Shown here: positions 44,853-54,186 of the stretch, piece by piece
Layout of the letters: every line of letters starts with the position of its first letter
Numbering within the stretch: position 1 is the stretch's first letter
Virus record (IMG/VR): IMGVR_UViG_2931736537_000001
Coordinates: 77,695 to 141,694 of that record
Direction: 5' to 3' (one strand)
DNA length: 64,000 nt
Source of the DNA: a virus
Lineage: Duplodnaviria > Caudoviricetes
Notes under the pieces: generated by a model
Told to the model about the DNA's origin: nothing
What the model saw: the letters and a program-made list of their open reading frames with translations, nothing else
Database searches by the model: none
Program-made: the position numbers and the translations under genes

Positions 44853-47249
44853 TCAGGCGTTGCGGGACTGGTCCCACTTGGCGGCCTGGGGGCTGGGGTT
44901 CTCGAGGTTGTGGATCTGGTCGGCGTGCAGGACGCGGTACATCAGGTGCACGCCCTGGATGGCGCCGCCCAGGTCCCGGAAGCGCTGGCCGGCGTCGCGG
45001 TGCATCTCCGTGATCGCTGGGTGCACGCGGAACTCGACCTCGGTGACGTTGGCGACCGTGACCATCAGGTCGTGGAGCGCCTCGGCGAGCGGGGCCAGGT
45101 GCTCGATGGTCATCTCGTAGCCGAACATCGTGCCGCTGGGGTGCAGCCGGATGTGGATCCCGGCGTCGCGGATGGCGCCGGAGGCCAGCAGCAGCGGCAT
45201 CGCGTGGACCGTCGGGTCCGTCCAGGCGAACTGGGGCATGACGTGCGCCCAGTTCTCGGAGACGTCCCACTTCCGTCCCTGCCAGGTGGGGTTCTCGATG
45301 TTCTCCAGCTGCTCGGCGTGGATCTCGCGGTACACCTTGTGCGCCTGGTCGACGAACGCACCGAGCATCAGGAAGTGGACGGCCAGCGTGCGGTACTGGT
45401 CGGGGATGTGCGCGTTGACCTTGAAGTCGTTCTCGGTGACCTCGGCGATGTTGTGCAGCAGGTGGCACATGGCGAACTCGAGGTGGCCCAGGTTCTCGAT
45501 GACGGCCTCGTAGCCCTTCATGCTGTCGGCCGGTGCCGCGGCGAACGCCACGGCGGCCATGCGGATGGCGTCCGCTGCGTAGATCAGCGGGTAGGCGTGG
45601 TGGACGGGGCTGGTGTCCATGGGGGGTACTCCTCCGGGGGGTGCTGATGCCGGCGACGGCACGGGGGCGTAGGCGCCGGGGGTCGGTGCGGGGGCGGCAG
45701 TGCCGGTGCCTGCGGTCGGGGCGGTCGGCGGTACCGGCGAGGTGCCGCTGGCGGCGGGCAGCGGGCGGGCCGTCGCGGTCCGGTAGACCCAGGCGTTGAG
45801 CCATGTCCAGGTGCGCGTGCGGTTCACGACGGCCGCCAGCGGGCTGGTGGCGAAGTGCAGGACGCGGGACAGCGGCCGGAGCCAGTTCGGCCCCATGGTC
45901 GAGTAGCGGACCGTGCCGAGGGCCGTGTTGGCGGAGAGGATGATGCTCCCGCCCCACCGCATCACGTTGGCCATGAACTTGCCGCCGTGCTTGCGAGTGC
46001 CGCGGAAGACGGCCCGGAAGGGCGTGGCGACCTTGTGCAGGCCGCGACGGAACTTCGGGCTGGTGACCTTCGTGTAGCCCTTCCTGACGGCGCCGGTGGT
46101 CTTGAGCGTCCCGGTCTTGATGGCGCCGGCCGTCTTCCGGACCGCGTGGGTCGTCTTGCGGACGGGGTTCTTCTTCCAGGTGTAGCCAGCGTGCCGAGGC
46201 GCCTTCGTCTTGCCGACCTTCGTCTTCTTAGGGGTCTTGCCCTTGCCGCCCGAACCGCCCTTGCCCTTGCCGGGCGTGGGCGTCTTGCTGCCCTTCGGGC
46301 CACTCGGAGCGGTGGTGCCACCGGGCGTCTTCTTCGGGGTTTTGGCTCCGCCCGAGGACGCTGCGCCGGCGCCGCCGCTGCCGGTTCCGCTCGGCTTCCG
46401 CTTCTTCGGGGTGGACGCGGGGCCCTTCGTCCCGGCGCCGGTTCCGCTTCCGGTGCCCTTGCGGTTGAGGATGCTGCCGAGGCCGGTGCCCGTACCGGGC
46501 TGCTTCGGAGCCTTGCCGTTGCCGCCACCGAACGCGCCGAATCCGCTGCCGTTGGACCGCTTGCCGCCGCTGAACAGGCTGCCGCTGCCCTTGAAGGGCT
46601 TCGGCCCGGCTGCCGACTTCGCGCCGCCCAGGCCGCCCTTGTTCAGCGAGCGAGGAGCCGTGCCGGTTCCGCCGCGCCCCGACGGGGACTTGAGCGAGCC
46701 CATCCCGCCCGGCTTCCGCGACAGGGGGCCGGGAGTGTTGGACCCCTTGCTTCCTCCGCCGGAACGGCGCGAGAGCCCGGTGCCGCCAGAGCGGTTGCCC
46801 GCGCTCGAGCGGCCTCCGCCGGAGCCCAGACCGGGCGCGCGTCCGCCGCCGGACCGGCCGCCCCCGGAGCGACCGGCCCCTGGGCCTGCGCGTCCTGCGC
46901 CGCGGCCGCCGCGGTTGCGGCTGGCGGCCTTGGCGGCGCGGCGCCCCACCTTGATGGCCACGGCGGCGGTCGCGGTCGCCGCGGCGGCGAGCAGCGCGAA
47001 GATCACGACCGGCAGGCCGAACTGGTGGACCATCCAGCACAGCGAGATCAGACCGGTGATCACTCCACCCGGGATGAGGGCGCCGGCGAGGCGATCGTCC
47101 TTCTGTGACGTTGAGCGACGACGCTGCGGGCGCTGGGCGTTCGGGTCCGTGGTCGTGGCCGCGCCCGACACCGAGGGCTGTACGGCGGTCGGCGGCGGCG
47201 CGGTGACCGTGGCGGCCGGCGGCGCCATGTCGTAGTCGGGGGTGCTCAC
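44853..47249 (-). CDS. TraA-like transfer protein (TM + Gly/Lys-rich region + tandem C-terminal domains)
   Basis: Immediately upstream of traB; two repeats ending H..Q...ENP.....KWD.S.N. Confidence 0.65.
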   Translation of the reverse strand: MSTPDYDMAPPAATVTAPPPTAVQPSVSGAATTTDPNAQRPQRRRSTSQKDDRLAGALIPGGVITGLISLCWMVHQFGLPVVIFALLAAAATATAAVAIKVGRRAAKAASRNRGGRGAGRAGPGAGRSGGGRSGGGRAPGLGSGGGRSSAGNRSGGTGLSRRSGGGSKGSNTPGPLSRKPGGMGSLKSPSGRGGTGTAPRSLNKGGLGGAKSAAGPKPFKGSGSLFSGGKRSNGSGFGAFGGGNGKAPKQPGTGTGLGSILNRKGTGSGTGAGTKGPASTPKKRKPSGTGSGGAGAASSGGAKTPKKTPGGTTAPSGPKGSKTPTPGKGKGGSGGKGKTPKKTKVGKTKAPRHAGYTWKKNPVRKTTHAVRKTAGAIKTGTLKTTGAVRKGYTKVTSPKFRRGLHKVATPFRAVFRGTRKHGGKFMANVMRWGGSIILSANTALGTVRYSTMGPNWLRPLSRVLHFATSPLAAVVNRTRTWTWLNAWVYRTATARPLPAASGTSPVPPTAPTAGTGTAAPAPTPGAYAPVPSPASAPPGGVPPMDTSPVHHAYPLIYAADAIRMAAVAFAAAPADSMKGYEAVIENLGHLEFAMCHLLHNIAEVTENDFKVNAHIPDQYRTLAVHFLMLGAFVDQAHKVYREIHAEQLENIENPTWQGRKWDVSENWAHVMPQFAWTDPTVHAMPLLLASGAIRDAGIHIRLHPSGTMFGYEMTIEHLAPLAEALHDLMVTVANVTEVEFRVHPAITEMHRDAGQRFRDLGGAIQGVHLMYRVLHADQIHNLENPSPQAAKWDQSRNA

Positions 47250-47309
47250 GGGGGTTCTCCTCCACTTCGGGGGCGGTGGGTCAGTGGTGACGGTGTGTGT
47301 CGGGCATGG

Positions 47310-47449
47310 CGTCAAGTCGGAGCGTCAACGTCAACGTCAAGGGCTCTCGTCAACGTCAATTTGGCTGTTCAGACGGTGTTTCTCGGAGGTCTGGGCCGGG
47401 ATCTGGGTCTGTCTCGTCAGGTTCACGTGAGTGACGTTGACGTTGACGC
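47310..47449. repeat. CGTCAA hexamer array with an 18-bp inverted repeat (candidate clt or operator)
   Basis: Six CGTCAA at 47310-47359; GCGTCAACGTCAACGTCA (47322-47339) is inverted at 47432-47449. Confidence 0.7.
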
Positions 47450-47468
47450 GCCCAGCTTCACGTCACGC

Positions 47469-47930
47469 TCAGTTAGTGGCTTCGAGCAGGAGCACGGCGA
47501 GGATGATGACCAGGATCAGGTGCGTGGAGAACCTCGCCGAGCCGCGCCGGCGGGCCACCGGGCGGTACGCGCGGGAGAAGTCCCTCTCGCCTCGGGAAGC
47601 GTCGAGGGGCTGGCGGAGGCCCGCCTCGATGCCCTCGAAGGCAGTCCGGAAGTAGGTCGGACTGTGACGTTCCGTGAGGTCGAGTGGCAGGCGGTCCTGC
47701 TTCACGGCCGCCTCCAGGAGGTCCAGTTCCTGGCGGACGCGGTCGATGTTGCGCACCATCCAGTCCTTGCGGTCGTTGACCGCGACCGTTTCCAGGACCT
47801 GCTCCATGTGGTGGTGGACGGCTGCGAAGTGCGCGGTGGCCGGGGTCTCGTTCAGGGCGAAGTGGGCGTCGACGCAGGCCATCTGTCGGCCGTTCAGCTG
47901 GGGCCGCGGCACGATCTCGTAGCCGTCCAT
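47469..47930 (-). CDS. Hypothetical protein with C-terminal TM
   Basis: RBS AGAGGA; 153 aa. Confidence 0.6.
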   Translation of the reverse strand: MDGYEIVPRPQLNGRQMACVDAHFALNETPATAHFAAVHHHMEQVLETVAVNDRKDWMVRNIDRVRQELDLLEAAVKQDRLPLDLTERHSPTYFRTAFEGIEAGLRQPLDASRGERDFSRAYRPVARRRGSARFSTHLILVIILAVLLLEATN

Positions 47931-47975
47931 GGCTTCCTCTCTTCTCGCGTTGGTGCAGGTCAGGGTGTTTTTGGG

Positions 47976-48197
47976 TCAGAGGGAGGTGTCGTTGTAGGCG
48001 TCGAGGGCCTCGAGCTGGGACCAGTCGACGCGGATCTCCAGCTCGAGCGTCTGGTCCCGGGCCCACGCCTGGCCGTCGCGGTCGCCGGGAAGGCGGCCGG
48101 TGACCTCGGCCTCCAGGCGCTTGGTCGCGGCGGAGAGGATGTCGCGGGCCTCGCCCACGGTCGTGGCCTTCAGGACGGTGCTCTGGCTGCTGCTCAT
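47976..48197 (-). CDS. Hypothetical protein
   Basis: 73 aa, RBS AAAGG. Confidence 0.55.
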   Translation of the reverse strand: MSSSQSTVLKATTVGEARDILSAATKRLEAEVTGRLPGDRDGQAWARDQTLELEIRVDWSQLEALDAYNDTSL

Positions 48198-48219
48198 CAG
48201 GTGCGTGCCTTTCAGGGGG

Positions 48220-48489
48220 TCAGGCGGACTCGGAGGGGTGGTCGGTGTCGTCGCCGGAGGTCTCGTCGGGGACGGCGCCGGCGTTGATGGTCTGGATGAG
48301 GTCGCGGAGGTCGAGGCGGATCGTTGCCTGGACCTGGTGGCGGCGCCCGATCGACGGCATCACCCAGTTCTCGGGGTTCGCGGTCTGCCGGTGAGACCGC
48401 AGGAGCTGGGCGGCTGCTTCCAGCGCCGTGGCGGTCTCGGCGGCCGTGCTCGGCGTCCACTCGTAGACGCCGTTGTCGATCGAGGTCAT
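48220..48489 (-). CDS. Hypothetical protein
   Basis: 89 aa, RBS AAGGA. Confidence 0.55.
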   Translation of the reverse strand: MTSIDNGVYEWTPSTAAETATALEAAAQLLRSHRQTANPENWVMPSIGRRHQVQATIRLDLRDLIQTINAGAVPDETSGDDTDHPSESA

Positions 48490-48504
48490 GGGGTCCGTCC
48501 TTCG

Positions 48505-49185
48505 GGTCTCGGTCTCGCGGTTCGTGGTCTCGGTCCCGGCCGGGGCTGGTCTCGTGTCAGCCCCGGCGGGTCTCAGGTCTCGGTCTCGGTGGTCTCAGCC
48601 GTCGGTCCCGGTCCCATCGGTCTCGGTCTCGCTGGTCCCGGTCTCGTCGGTCTCGCTGTAGGTGCGGTGGCCCTGCTCGTAGTAGGACCGGGCGTCGGCC
48701 AGCCGCCTGGCCGCAGTGGACCGGGGGCGGCCGATGAGTCGCTCGGCCTCGCCCGGCGTGGTCTTGGTACCGATCTGCACGGTGTTCGCGCCGCCTCGTT
48801 CCCACATCAGGTCCAGGAGGGCCTGGATCTCTGCGGCCTTGTCCGGCAGTGGTGAGACCTTGGCCGTGGGACCGGTCGTGCGGGCGCGAGACCGGGGGGC
48901 CGTGGTCTCACGGGACCGGCGGGACTGGTCTCGGCTGGACTTCTGAGACCGGGTCTCACTGGTCTCGGCGGTCTCGGTCTCGCCCCTGGTGCTGGTCTGA
49001 GACCCGGTCTCGGCGGTCTCGTGGGACCGGGTCTCACCGGTCTCGTGAGACCCGTGGCGGGTGGTCTCAGTGGTCGGGTGGGACTCCGAGACCGTGGTCT
49101 CGGCGGGCGGCAGCGCGGGGCGGGTCTCGGTCTCAATCGCCTCGGTGGCGGCGTCCGAGACCTGGGGGTCGCCCCACTCGAGACC
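48505..49185. repeat. Dense GGTCTC/GAGACC hexamer array
   Basis: Hand count ~26 GGTCTC and ~8 GAGACC in ~680 bp, inside and downstream of the SpdB2-like gene. Confidence 0.85.
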
Positions 49186-51162
49186 GATCACGGGGATGGC
49201 GGTGGGACCGCTGTCGGGTCCGTGTCGGCGGACGGTGACGACGTACCGGTCGGCGTAGGCGATCCCGGACTTGCGGGCCTTGCGGTCGTTCAGGATGCGG
49301 CCGGCGGTCTTCCAGGCCGTGGTCGCGTTGCCCCAGCGGTCCGGGTCGTCGATCATCAGGGACCGGGCGGTCCAGGACCGGATGGGGTAGCGCACCCAGC
49401 GGTTGATGCCGAGGCTCGGCAGCGCGGGCGGAAGGTTGCGGGCCTTCCGCAGCTTCCGGCGGTGCCGGAGGCTGGCGAGCATCTCCCAGAGGATGACGCC
49501 GACCATCGACATGGCAGCGAAGGTCACCGACCGCGGGGTGGCCGACCAGTCGTTGGAGTAGTGCCACCACTGCTGGATCGCGGCGCCGGCGCCGAAGAGC
49601 CAGGTGGCGATCCGGTAGCCCCAGCCCTTGTCGCCGTCCTGACGGGCCTGGTCGTACAGCCACGCGCAGAACGCGGTGGTCATCTCGTAGGCGGCGGCGT
49701 AGACCAGGGAGGCGGCGAAGCCCCAGCCGAGGACCTTGATGGCGAAGCCGGACTGGCCGCTCCAGGCGACGACCATCGGGGCGAGGATCGGGCCGACGAC
49801 CAGGCTGCGGACGGCGGCGGCGATGAGGACCTGACGGACCTTGTCCAGGAAGGTCGGCTGGCCGGCGCGACGCTGCCGCCGCTCTTCCGCGAGACGCTCC
49901 TTCTCATTCCGCTTCGCCGTCTTGCGGCGGTCGTCGGCCTCTTCCTTGAGCCTCCGCTTCTCCAGCTTCTGGATGGTCGGGTTCAGCGCCTTCTCCAGGG
50001 CGGCGGCGGCCTGCTCGCGGTCGGCTTCGGCCTCCTGGCGCAGCTGGTCGGCGGCGCTGGACGCCTCGGTGCGGGCGGCCTTGGCCTCGGTCACGGTCTC
50101 TGCCGCGCGTGCGGTCAGCGTCTGGGCCTGGTTCTCGGCACGGGCGACGATGCCGGCGGCCTCCTCCTGGGCCTGGTCGATGACCTGCGCGGAGAGCTGC
50201 TCCGCTTCGGTCACCGTGGTACGGGCCCCCGCGCGCAGTCGCTCGGCCTCGTCGTGGGCCGCCCGCCGGGTACGGTCGGCGTCCTCGGCAGCGTCGGTGC
50301 GCATCTGCGTCGCGGAGCCCTCGGCGGCGTCGCGGACACGCTGGGCGGTCCGCTCGGCCTGCTCGCGCAGGGCGTCGGCCGTCTCCTGGGCGTGCTGCTG
50401 GAGCCGCTCGGCCTCCTCGCGGATCGACGCGGCCTCGCTGCGGGCACGGTCGCGGTCGGCTGCGCCGGCCTCGCGGAGCCGGGCGGCCTCCGCCGCGGCG
50501 TCGCTACGCAGACGCTCGGCTTCGTCCCGGCTGCGGGCCAGCGCCTGCTCCGCGTCGGCACGAAGTCGCTCGGCCTCGGTGCGGGCCTTGCCCAGCAGGG
50601 TGGCGGCGTCGGCCTTGGCGTTCTCCAGCAGCTCCTGGGCCGCTGTGGTCGCTTCGGCCCGAATCCGGTCGGCGTCCTGGGAGGCGTCGGTCCGCAGCCG
50701 GTCGGCGTCCTTGGTGGCCCGGGCCAGTCGGTCGGCTGCCTCGGCCTCAGCCTGTGCCTGGGTCTCGGCGGCGGTGCCGGCGGCGTCGGTGCGCAGGGTT
50801 TCGGCCTCGGCGCGGGCGTCGTCGAGCAGCTTGTCGGCGGTCCGGGCCGCGGTGGTCCGCAGGCGCTCGGCGGCCTCCTCGGCCTCCGCGCGCAGCGTCT
50901 GCGCGGCCGCCTCCGCGTCCGTGCGGAGGGAGTCCGCCGTCTGCTGGGCCTCCTCGAGGAGGGACTGGACGGTCTGCTCCGCATCCTCGGTGGCCTGGGC
51001 GACCCTGGCGGCGGCCAGCTGCTCGGCTTCGGCGACGATGCCGTCGGCCTTGGTGCGGGCCTCGTCCAGCACCGTTGTCTCCGGCGGAGACGCGGGGGCA
51101 GCCGCCTTCTTCGCGGCAGACCTCTTGCCGCGCGTCGGGGTCCGGCTGGAGCGATTGGCCAT
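48595..51162 (-). CDS. SpdB2/DUF2637-like spread protein: long coiled coil + 4 TM + repeat linker + C-terminal HTH
   Basis: ~400-aa A/E/R coiled coil, four hydrophobic helices, RW.RYP.R.W, ET-rich linker, GEAERLIGRPRSTAARRL. Confidence 0.7.
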   Translation of the reverse strand: MANRSSRTPTRGKRSAAKKAAAPASPPETTVLDEARTKADGIVAEAEQLAAARVAQATEDAEQTVQSLLEEAQQTADSLRTDAEAAAQTLRAEAEEAAERLRTTAARTADKLLDDARAEAETLRTDAAGTAAETQAQAEAEAADRLARATKDADRLRTDASQDADRIRAEATTAAQELLENAKADAATLLGKARTEAERLRADAEQALARSRDEAERLRSDAAAEAARLREAGAADRDRARSEAASIREEAERLQQHAQETADALREQAERTAQRVRDAAEGSATQMRTDAAEDADRTRRAAHDEAERLRAGARTTVTEAEQLSAQVIDQAQEEAAGIVARAENQAQTLTARAAETVTEAKAARTEASSAADQLRQEAEADREQAAAALEKALNPTIQKLEKRRLKEEADDRRKTAKRNEKERLAEERRQRRAGQPTFLDKVRQVLIAAAVRSLVVGPILAPMVVAWSGQSGFAIKVLGWGFAASLVYAAAYEMTTAFCAWLYDQARQDGDKGWGYRIATWLFGAGAAIQQWWHYSNDWSATPRSVTFAAMSMVGVILWEMLASLRHRRKLRKARNLPPALPSLGINRWVRYPIRSWTARSLMIDDPDRWGNATTAWKTAGRILNDRKARKSGIAYADRYVVTVRRHGPDSGPTAIPVIGLEWGDPQVSDAATEAIETETRPALPPAETTVSESHPTTETTRHGSHETGETRSHETAETGSQTSTRGETETAETSETRSQKSSRDQSRRSRETTAPRSRARTTGPTAKVSPLPDKAAEIQALLDLMWERGGANTVQIGTKTTPGEAERLIGRPRSTAARRLADARSYYEQGHRTYSETDETGTSETETDGTGTDG

Positions 51163-51198
51163 GACTGGCGGTGTCCTCTCGGATCGGGGGGTGGCTGG

Positions 51199-51885
51199 TC
51201 AGAAGGTGACGGCGAGGCCGGTGGTGGCGGCGAAGGCCAAGCCGGAGAGCTTGAGCAGGAGGCCGGCCCGGGCGAGACGCCGGAACTTGGCGTGTGCGAT
51301 CCCGGACAGGGCGACGAGTTCGCCTCGCCGGTCCGCGCCGTGGCCGAGGGCGTCGTCGAGGTCCTGCGGCCGGCAGCGGGCGTAGTGGATGAAGTTCGCG
51401 TTGCTGATGCCGACCAGGCGGGGCAGGACCACGTCGAGCAGGAGCCAAGTCGACAGGCCGGCGAGCACCGCGGCGACCAGGCCGAGCGCGCCGATCAGCC
51501 AGGGCTGGCGAAGCAGCGTGTCCGCCCGCTCCGCGAGCGGGCCCGCGACGATCGCCACGCTGGCCAGCAGGATCGACGCCTTCGTGTCCGTGCGGCTGAT
51601 CTCGCCGCGGATCACCTGCAGTTCGGTCTCGGTGTAGTCCGGGTCGGGCTGCTCGGCCTGCGCCTCGAGGGCGTCCGCGATCCGCTCGGTCTCGTGCGCG
51701 AGACGCGCCGCTGCCTCGGTGGTGCCGGCCAGTTCGGCCGAGACGGCCAGCACCGCCTGGGGCGTGGCCAGGGGGAACTCGTGGTCGTACGGGTTGTACC
51801 GGTCGATGGCCGCCTGTGCGCGGTCGCGGTAGCGGTCGGCCAGGTCACCCGGGGACACGGTGGGCGGTTCCTGTGTCGAGGTCAT
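51199..51885 (-). CDS. Pycsar-effector-like (PycTM/DUF5706) membrane protein
   Basis: EISRTDTKASILL, LL.VV.PRL, LS.IA..KFRRL. Confidence 0.8.
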   Translation of the reverse strand: MTSTQEPPTVSPGDLADRYRDRAQAAIDRYNPYDHEFPLATPQAVLAVSAELAGTTEAAARLAHETERIADALEAQAEQPDPDYTETELQVIRGEISRTDTKASILLASVAIVAGPLAERADTLLRQPWLIGALGLVAAVLAGLSTWLLLDVVLPRLVGISNANFIHYARCRPQDLDDALGHGADRRGELVALSGIAHAKFRRLARAGLLLKLSGLAFAATTGLAVTF

Positions 51886-51925
51886 CGTGCGGGCCTCTCT
51901 CGGAAGTGGGGGCGGGGGACTGACG

Positions 51926-52315
51926 TCAGGCGGGGAGGGCGTGGGTGTGCTCGGCGTAGACGCGCACGTCGTTGCCGAGCGAGCGCAGCGCCCGGCTCCG
52001 GCCGAGGCCCATGTGCAGGGAGCGGAGCAGCAGGCGCCCCTCCTCGGCCTTGCGTTTGGCGTCGAACAGGTGCCGGCCGGTGGTGCGCAGGACGTCCACG
52101 ACGGCCTGCAGCCGCGTGAGGTCCTCCTCGACGAGCGGGACCGGCGCGTCCGTGCGGCCGGCGATCGCCTGGGCAGCGCCCATGCGCTGGTAGAGCCGGG
52201 CCAGGTACTGCTGGCTGTCCGCAAAGTGCGCCTCGGTGGCCAGGGTCAGCCGCTCCAGGCAGTAGACGTTCTCCGGAGTGGCCGGGGCACTCAGAGGCGT
52301 TTCGGTGGTCTGCAC
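51926..52315 (-). CDS. Hypothetical protein
   Basis: RBS AGAGGA, GTG start. Confidence 0.55.
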   Translation of the reverse strand: MQTTETPLSAPATPENVYCLERLTLATEAHFADSQQYLARLYQRMGAAQAIAGRTDAPVPLVEEDLTRLQAVVDVLRTTGRHLFDAKRKAEEGRLLLRSLHMGLGRSRALRSLGNDVRVYAEHTHALPA

Positions 52316-52462
52316 GACCGCGTTCCTCTCTCGTTCGGTGAGCCGGTGGTGACTGCGGGTGTTGACTTCCGGGCGTACGGGGCCCAGGGGGTGGCGCTGT
52401 GCGCTGGAGGGAGCGGGGCCCGGCCGTTGTCGGCTCCAGCCGGGCCCCGCCGGAGGGGTGGG

Positions 52463-52762
52463 CTACGGACTAGGGACCGCTGGGGTTTCGCCCCGGTCGG
52501 CCTGCCGGGTGCCGAGGACGAGTCCGAGGACGGTGCCCAGGACCAGGCTGATGAGGAGGAAAACGCCGAACACCCAGGCGAGGTGGGCCACGGCGGGCCA
52601 CCAGCCGTTGACCAGGACGTCGATCGTGGACAAGACCGTGCCGAGGAGGGCAACGACGATCACGAAGATCGCGGCGCCCCGGCTCAGCGGGGCCTCGCCC
52701 AGCTCGTCGTCGTGCTTGGTGGACGGGGCGGCCGGGACCGGCGTCGGGATGGTGGTCGACAT
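52463..52762 (-). CDS. Small two-TM protein
   Basis: Two hydrophobic helices; coupled to the upstream gene. Confidence 0.6.
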   Translation of the reverse strand: MSTTIPTPVPAAPSTKHDDELGEAPLSRGAAIFVIVVALLGTVLSTIDVLVNGWWPAVAHLAWVFGVFLLISLVLGTVLGLVLGTRQADRGETPAVPSP

Positions 52763-53187
52763 CAGCGGCCACCTCCCAGCGCGCGAGCCGCGCGGGCCAG
52801 GACGCTGGGCGTCGTGTGGCCCTCCAGGACGTGCAGCACCTGGTTCATGGTGTCCTCGGCCTCGCCCTGCAGCACGACCTCGCCGTACTCGGTGGCCTGC
52901 TCGATCGCGGCGTCCCGCTCCTGCCTGGGCAGGTTCTCGGTGACCGGGCCGCGGACGAGGTCCTTGGCGAGGTCGCCGATCTCGGCGACGGCGTTCGGGC
53001 TGCCGGTGGCGTCGCCGCCCAGGGACTTCAGGACCTGGGCGAGGTCGAGGAGGTCCCGGGGCTGGTAGGCGTGGAGCTGCGCGATCGCGTCGAGCAGCGG
53101 CCGGACCGCGGGGTGCACGTCCGGCCGGTAGGCCAGCGCGGCGCGCTCGGCGGCGGTGTTGCGGGAGTTCAGGGAGGGAGAGTTCAT
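52762..53187 (-). CDS. Hypothetical protein
   Basis: 141 aa; ATGA coupling. Confidence 0.65.
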   Translation of the reverse strand: MNSPSLNSRNTAAERAALAYRPDVHPAVRPLLDAIAQLHAYQPRDLLDLAQVLKSLGGDATGSPNAVAEIGDLAKDLVRGPVTENLPRQERDAAIEQATEYGEVVLQGEAEDTMNQVLHVLEGHTTPSVLARAARALGGGR

Positions 53188-53591
53188 CGCGTGGTCACCG
53201 CCTCGGTGCTCTGGTGGGCGGCGACCTCGGCGAGGTTGGTCAGCACGTCGCAGTCGACGTCGGTCAGCTCGCTCGGCGCCGCCTTGAGGGTGGTGCGGAT
53301 CTCGTCGGCGGTGCGGACCTTCGTGGCCGGGCCGGACTCCACCAGAACGTGGTCGGAATTCGTCCAGACCAGGCAGTGCACGGTGACCTCGCCGGTGTGC
53401 CGGCGGCGGACCCGCACGGCCCAGTCGGCGCCGCGGCGGCCGAGAGCCTCGCGGGCTTCCCCGCCCTGCAGGACCTCCAGCACCTCGAAGGTGCCGGTGG
53501 GGTTGTAGTAGGTGACGCCCTCGGCCCGCGGGCCGAGCTCGGCCTGCACCCGCTCGGTGGCGGTGGGCTGCTCCACGGTGGCGATCATCAT
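53184..53591 (-). CDS. Hypothetical protein
   Basis: MMIATVEQ...; ATGA overlaps on both sides. Confidence 0.6.
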   Translation of the reverse strand: MMIATVEQPTATERVQAELGPRAEGVTYYNPTGTFEVLEVLQGGEAREALGRRGADWAVRVRRRHTGEVTVHCLVWTNSDHVLVESGPATKVRTADEIRTTLKAAPSELTDVDCDVLTNLAEVAAHQSTEAVTTR

Positions 53592-54040
53592 GCCGACGTC
53601 ACCCCGGCCTGCGCGCAAAGCTCGTCGGCGGAGCGGATGACCATCACGTCGATGAGGGCCGGCATGGTGCTCAGCGGACGGCGGACGGTACCGCGGAGGA
53701 CCACGAAGGTGCCCTCCACCAGGTAGTCGAACAGGTCCAGGTAGTGCTCGGTGTCGACCGTGCACTGCGCGGACTCGCCGTCGCCACCGGTCAGGCAGAC
53801 GACCGCCCGGGGGTTCATGTCGTCGCCGAGGATCCCGACCTTGGAGATCGTCCCCATCGCCGTGACCATCGTGCGGACGGGCACCATGTCCAGGTGCCGG
53901 GTCGCCGGACCGAGGTCGCCGAAGTACTCGACGATCAGCCGACCGGGCCGCTTCTCGACCGCCTTGGAGGCGGAGGGATGCGCGAGTTCGGTTCCAGGCA
54001 CCGTCTTGATGCCCTCGGTGGTGCTTGTGCGATCCTTCAT
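53588..54040 (-). CDS. Hypothetical protein, possible OB-fold
   Basis: RBS GGGAGG; beta-rich VTAMGTI...AVVCL...L.EG.FVVLRGTV. Confidence 0.55.
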   Translation of the reverse strand: MKDRTSTTEGIKTVPGTELAHPSASKAVEKRPGRLIVEYFGDLGPATRHLDMVPVRTMVTAMGTISKVGILGDDMNPRAVVCLTGGDGESAQCTVDTEHYLDLFDYLVEGTFVVLRGTVRRPLSTMPALIDVMVIRSADELCAQAGVTSA

Positions 54041-54186
54041 GGGGATCGGCCTCCCTGATAGCGCAGGTGGGCAGTTCCATCCCGGGGCGGCGGTAGGACG
54101 CCGTCCGGGTCGGGCCCCGGCCGGGCGGTAGGACGCCCAGCCGGGGTTCTCGCATGTCAGGCGGTAGGACACCTGACGCGTGACGA

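Noticed and set aside
48505-49185. BsaI sites as synthetic cloning scars
   Set aside because: They are irregular, mixed with degenerate GGTCCC/GGGACC variants and embedded in an intact natural ORF.
51199-51885. Complete Pycsar defence system
   Set aside because: No pyrimidine cyclase nearby; the context is a spread operon.
42007-52119. Long plus-strand ORFs (42007-45120, 49021-52119 and similar elsewhere)
   Set aside because: Stop-poor antisense frames typical of high-GC DNA, opposite genes with clear motifs.
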